From Squalus acanthias (lineage: Eukaryota): a stretch of 64,000 nucleotides of DNA. The translations under genes were made by a program, and so were the position numbers. Where the stretch lies: the NCBI GenBank assembly GCA_030390025.1, contig CM059432.1, forward strand, positions 149,856,001 through 149,920,000, given 5' to 3'. Position 1 is the stretch's first letter; each line of letters starts with the position of its first letter. The notes under the pieces were generated by a model, which was given only the letters and a program-made list of their open reading frames with translations, was not told where the DNA came from and searched no databases. Below, piece by piece: positions 61,690-64,000 of the stretch.

Positions 61690-61900
61690 AAAGGAGGAGG
61701 GAAATTAGACTGTGGGATCCTTCACTACAAGTGGTTTTTGAGGCAGGGACTAAAACATTATTTAAATGGGAATTGTGTAAGTATTTGAAAAGCAGGAACA
61801 TAAAAGGATCTGTGGAAATGGGATTACAGGAGAGAGCGTCTGCACTGGCACAGGATCAGAATGACCTCCTCCTGTGCTGTAATTTCTATAATTCTATAAA
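61690..61900 (+). mobile_element. Decayed CR1 3' end
   Basis: ctgtgggatccttcactacaagtgg...cctcctcctgtgctgtaatttctataattctat. Confidence 0.65.
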
Positions 61901-64000
61901 AACTCTCCTTCACTGCGTCTGAGCCCAGGGAGTGGTTTAGAAATGTTGGTGCTGAGCTGAGTTTAGGACGATGTGCTCTGTGAGAAGAGCCTCGACCGCA
62001 GAGCCTGCTGACCGTTGTGCGATCTCTCGGTTTGCTTCAGATCAGTCTGTGCCAGCTGGTTTGGTGGGCAGGCTAAGCACAGATCAGCTCTGACTCAGGT
62101 TCCCAGTTCAGATTTGTCACCTTCTCACAGAACCCGAGTCCAAACCAGATTCCAAGGAGATAGAGAGCCAGATGGGGCTTGTTAAAAGTGGCATCAACAA
62201 GGGAGTCTGATTGCACCTTGTGCAGAGCCGGTTGTAGTTTCAGGGTGAATAGCAGCAGGTTATAGGATTATTACCAGTTACAGGTAAAGTATAGGAGCAT
62301 TATACCTATTAGTACCAGTTACATATGGACAATCAGTGAGTTATTCTTTACTGTTGGTTATTTGGGGAATCTGAGTGTTACCAGTATTACTATTAGTTAT
62401 CAGTGCAATTTCAGTGAGTTACCATTAGTTACTAGGTGGAATCAAAGTTCCTCCCAACTCTGGTTTCCCCTCTGTGAATCGCTCCACAATATTTGGTCTC
62501 TCCTCTTCCCCGCCCTCCCCGTTCCCCCCCTTGGGTTCCCCCGTTCCCCGCCCTCCGCCGTTCCCCGCCATTCCCCCTCCGCCTCCCCCGTTCCCCGCCC
62601 TCCGCCTCCCCCGTTCCCCACCCTCGGATTACCCCTCTTCCCCTGCTCACTGGTGGCCTCCTGGTTCTTGGAACTTCTCGCACAAGAGCTGCTGGCGTGA
62701 AACCACGAGCCAAGATACTCAACTCCAGGGAGCCCGACCTTTATAAAGTAAATGCAATCACATTTGTAGATGTCTTGTGATCAGATGTCATGTGATCAGG
62801 TATCACATGGTCAGATGTCACATGGTCAGAACGTGACATGCTCAAACATCCAGGAATGCCTCCAACTAGTGGACTGCCCTAGACTACAAGTAACTGCTGC
62901 ACAGAATGTCTGAAAAGTCTCCTGCATGGCACTGAGACCCCGAATATGCTCATGCAGGAAGTTAGGGATTGCAGGCAGGTCCTTTTTGGAATGCAGAGAC
63001 TGAAGGCCCCAACTGAGGGCAGCTCAGAGTCAATGAAGGAGATGGGCAGGGCTGTAATCATGTAACCTCACACACCGACTTACAGTGCAGGAAAGGTTTA
63101 ATGACCGTACCAGGTCAGGCAATTTAAGAGGGGCCAGCCACACCTGAGAGTGCACTGTGCTGAGCAAGTCTACCTGTAACAGTGACCTTTCCTCACACTG
63201 TGTTGATGTACCCAGGAGCCAGCCCAGTGTCCTTCACACCTCCAGATATCACTTGCAAGTATTCTTTCACTCACACTCACATACAGTCACTCCGCTAAAG
63301 GCCTCCCAACGAATCTAATTACTACATGGTGCATGTAGCTGTAATTCCCCCTCACCCCTCCCAGTACTCTATCTCACGCAGAGAATGTGGGTCAGAGACT
63401 GGGCTCGCTCCGACCCACGCTGATCGTGAGCAGGGCTCCCCACTCGGGGCACTAGATCGTGGACTCATCCCTGTGATCCGGCAACATTTAAATCTATTGC
63501 ACTTCAGTGCCCAATTTTAAACTGTCGGCATTGCTGGATTATTCAAATAATTGCTGACTGCACTTAACTAAACATTGCTTGAGAAATTTTTGACAGCTGA
63601 TTAAAACTAAAAAAAAGAAAATCGAAAAGCAGCTTCAAGTGATTCCTAGGTGAGGGATTTTTTAAGACCAGCCATTAGATCAGAGTAGCTGTTTCACCAG
63701 TAGTTTTACCTCAAAAGCCTTTAAATCCATTCATTGCAACAAATGTATTTAAATCTAAATTTACTTTCTGTAATTTCTGGGTGTAATTGAATCAGGAAGT
63801 TCTTAGTCTTGTAAAATAATTTGGTCTACTTACCAGGATATTCAAATCTCACTCGGGCTCTTGGCTTAGAGCCACACTACCTGTGATTCCCCAATTTACA
63901 GTCCCAGTGGATGAGTCTCCATGGCAGGATTGTGGATTAGTAAAATTTACCCGACCAGTTTTTATTTCCGCTGGTTGACTGTCTTCTTTGAGGCTTTGTA

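Overview
This is vertebrate nuclear DNA, very probably from a cartilaginous fish (shark or ray), judged from an HE1-type V-SINE, SacSINE1-like DeuSINEs and abundant CR1. The window is dominated by nested, mostly decayed transposable elements, and I could not identify any host gene. It holds many CR1 LINE copies, including a full-length one at 33071-37803 with a 7-bp TSD and a young copy with an open 371-aa ORF. Also present are L2 fragments, a second CR1/L2-superclade LINE with its partner tRNA-SINE, and Penelope-like elements (PLEs) of two families carrying minimal hammerhead ribozymes. PIF/Harbinger DNA transposons include a ~10 kb composite copy (28151-38203) with convergent intron-containing Myb/SANT and DDE transposase genes, plus MITEs with 3-bp TSDs. 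The most notable observations are: the hammerheads in TSD-bounded PLE insertions, one only ~43 bp and lacking the ribozyme; a CR1 insertion that duplicates a splice acceptor and supplies a new polypyrimidine tract; a ~0.5 kb inverted TIR-less MITE copy with an identity gradient; a CR1 with two 3' UTR modules; and weak minus-strand micro-exon candidates. Most of this belongs to known element classes, and I found no well-supported wholly new system. All alignments were made by eye.
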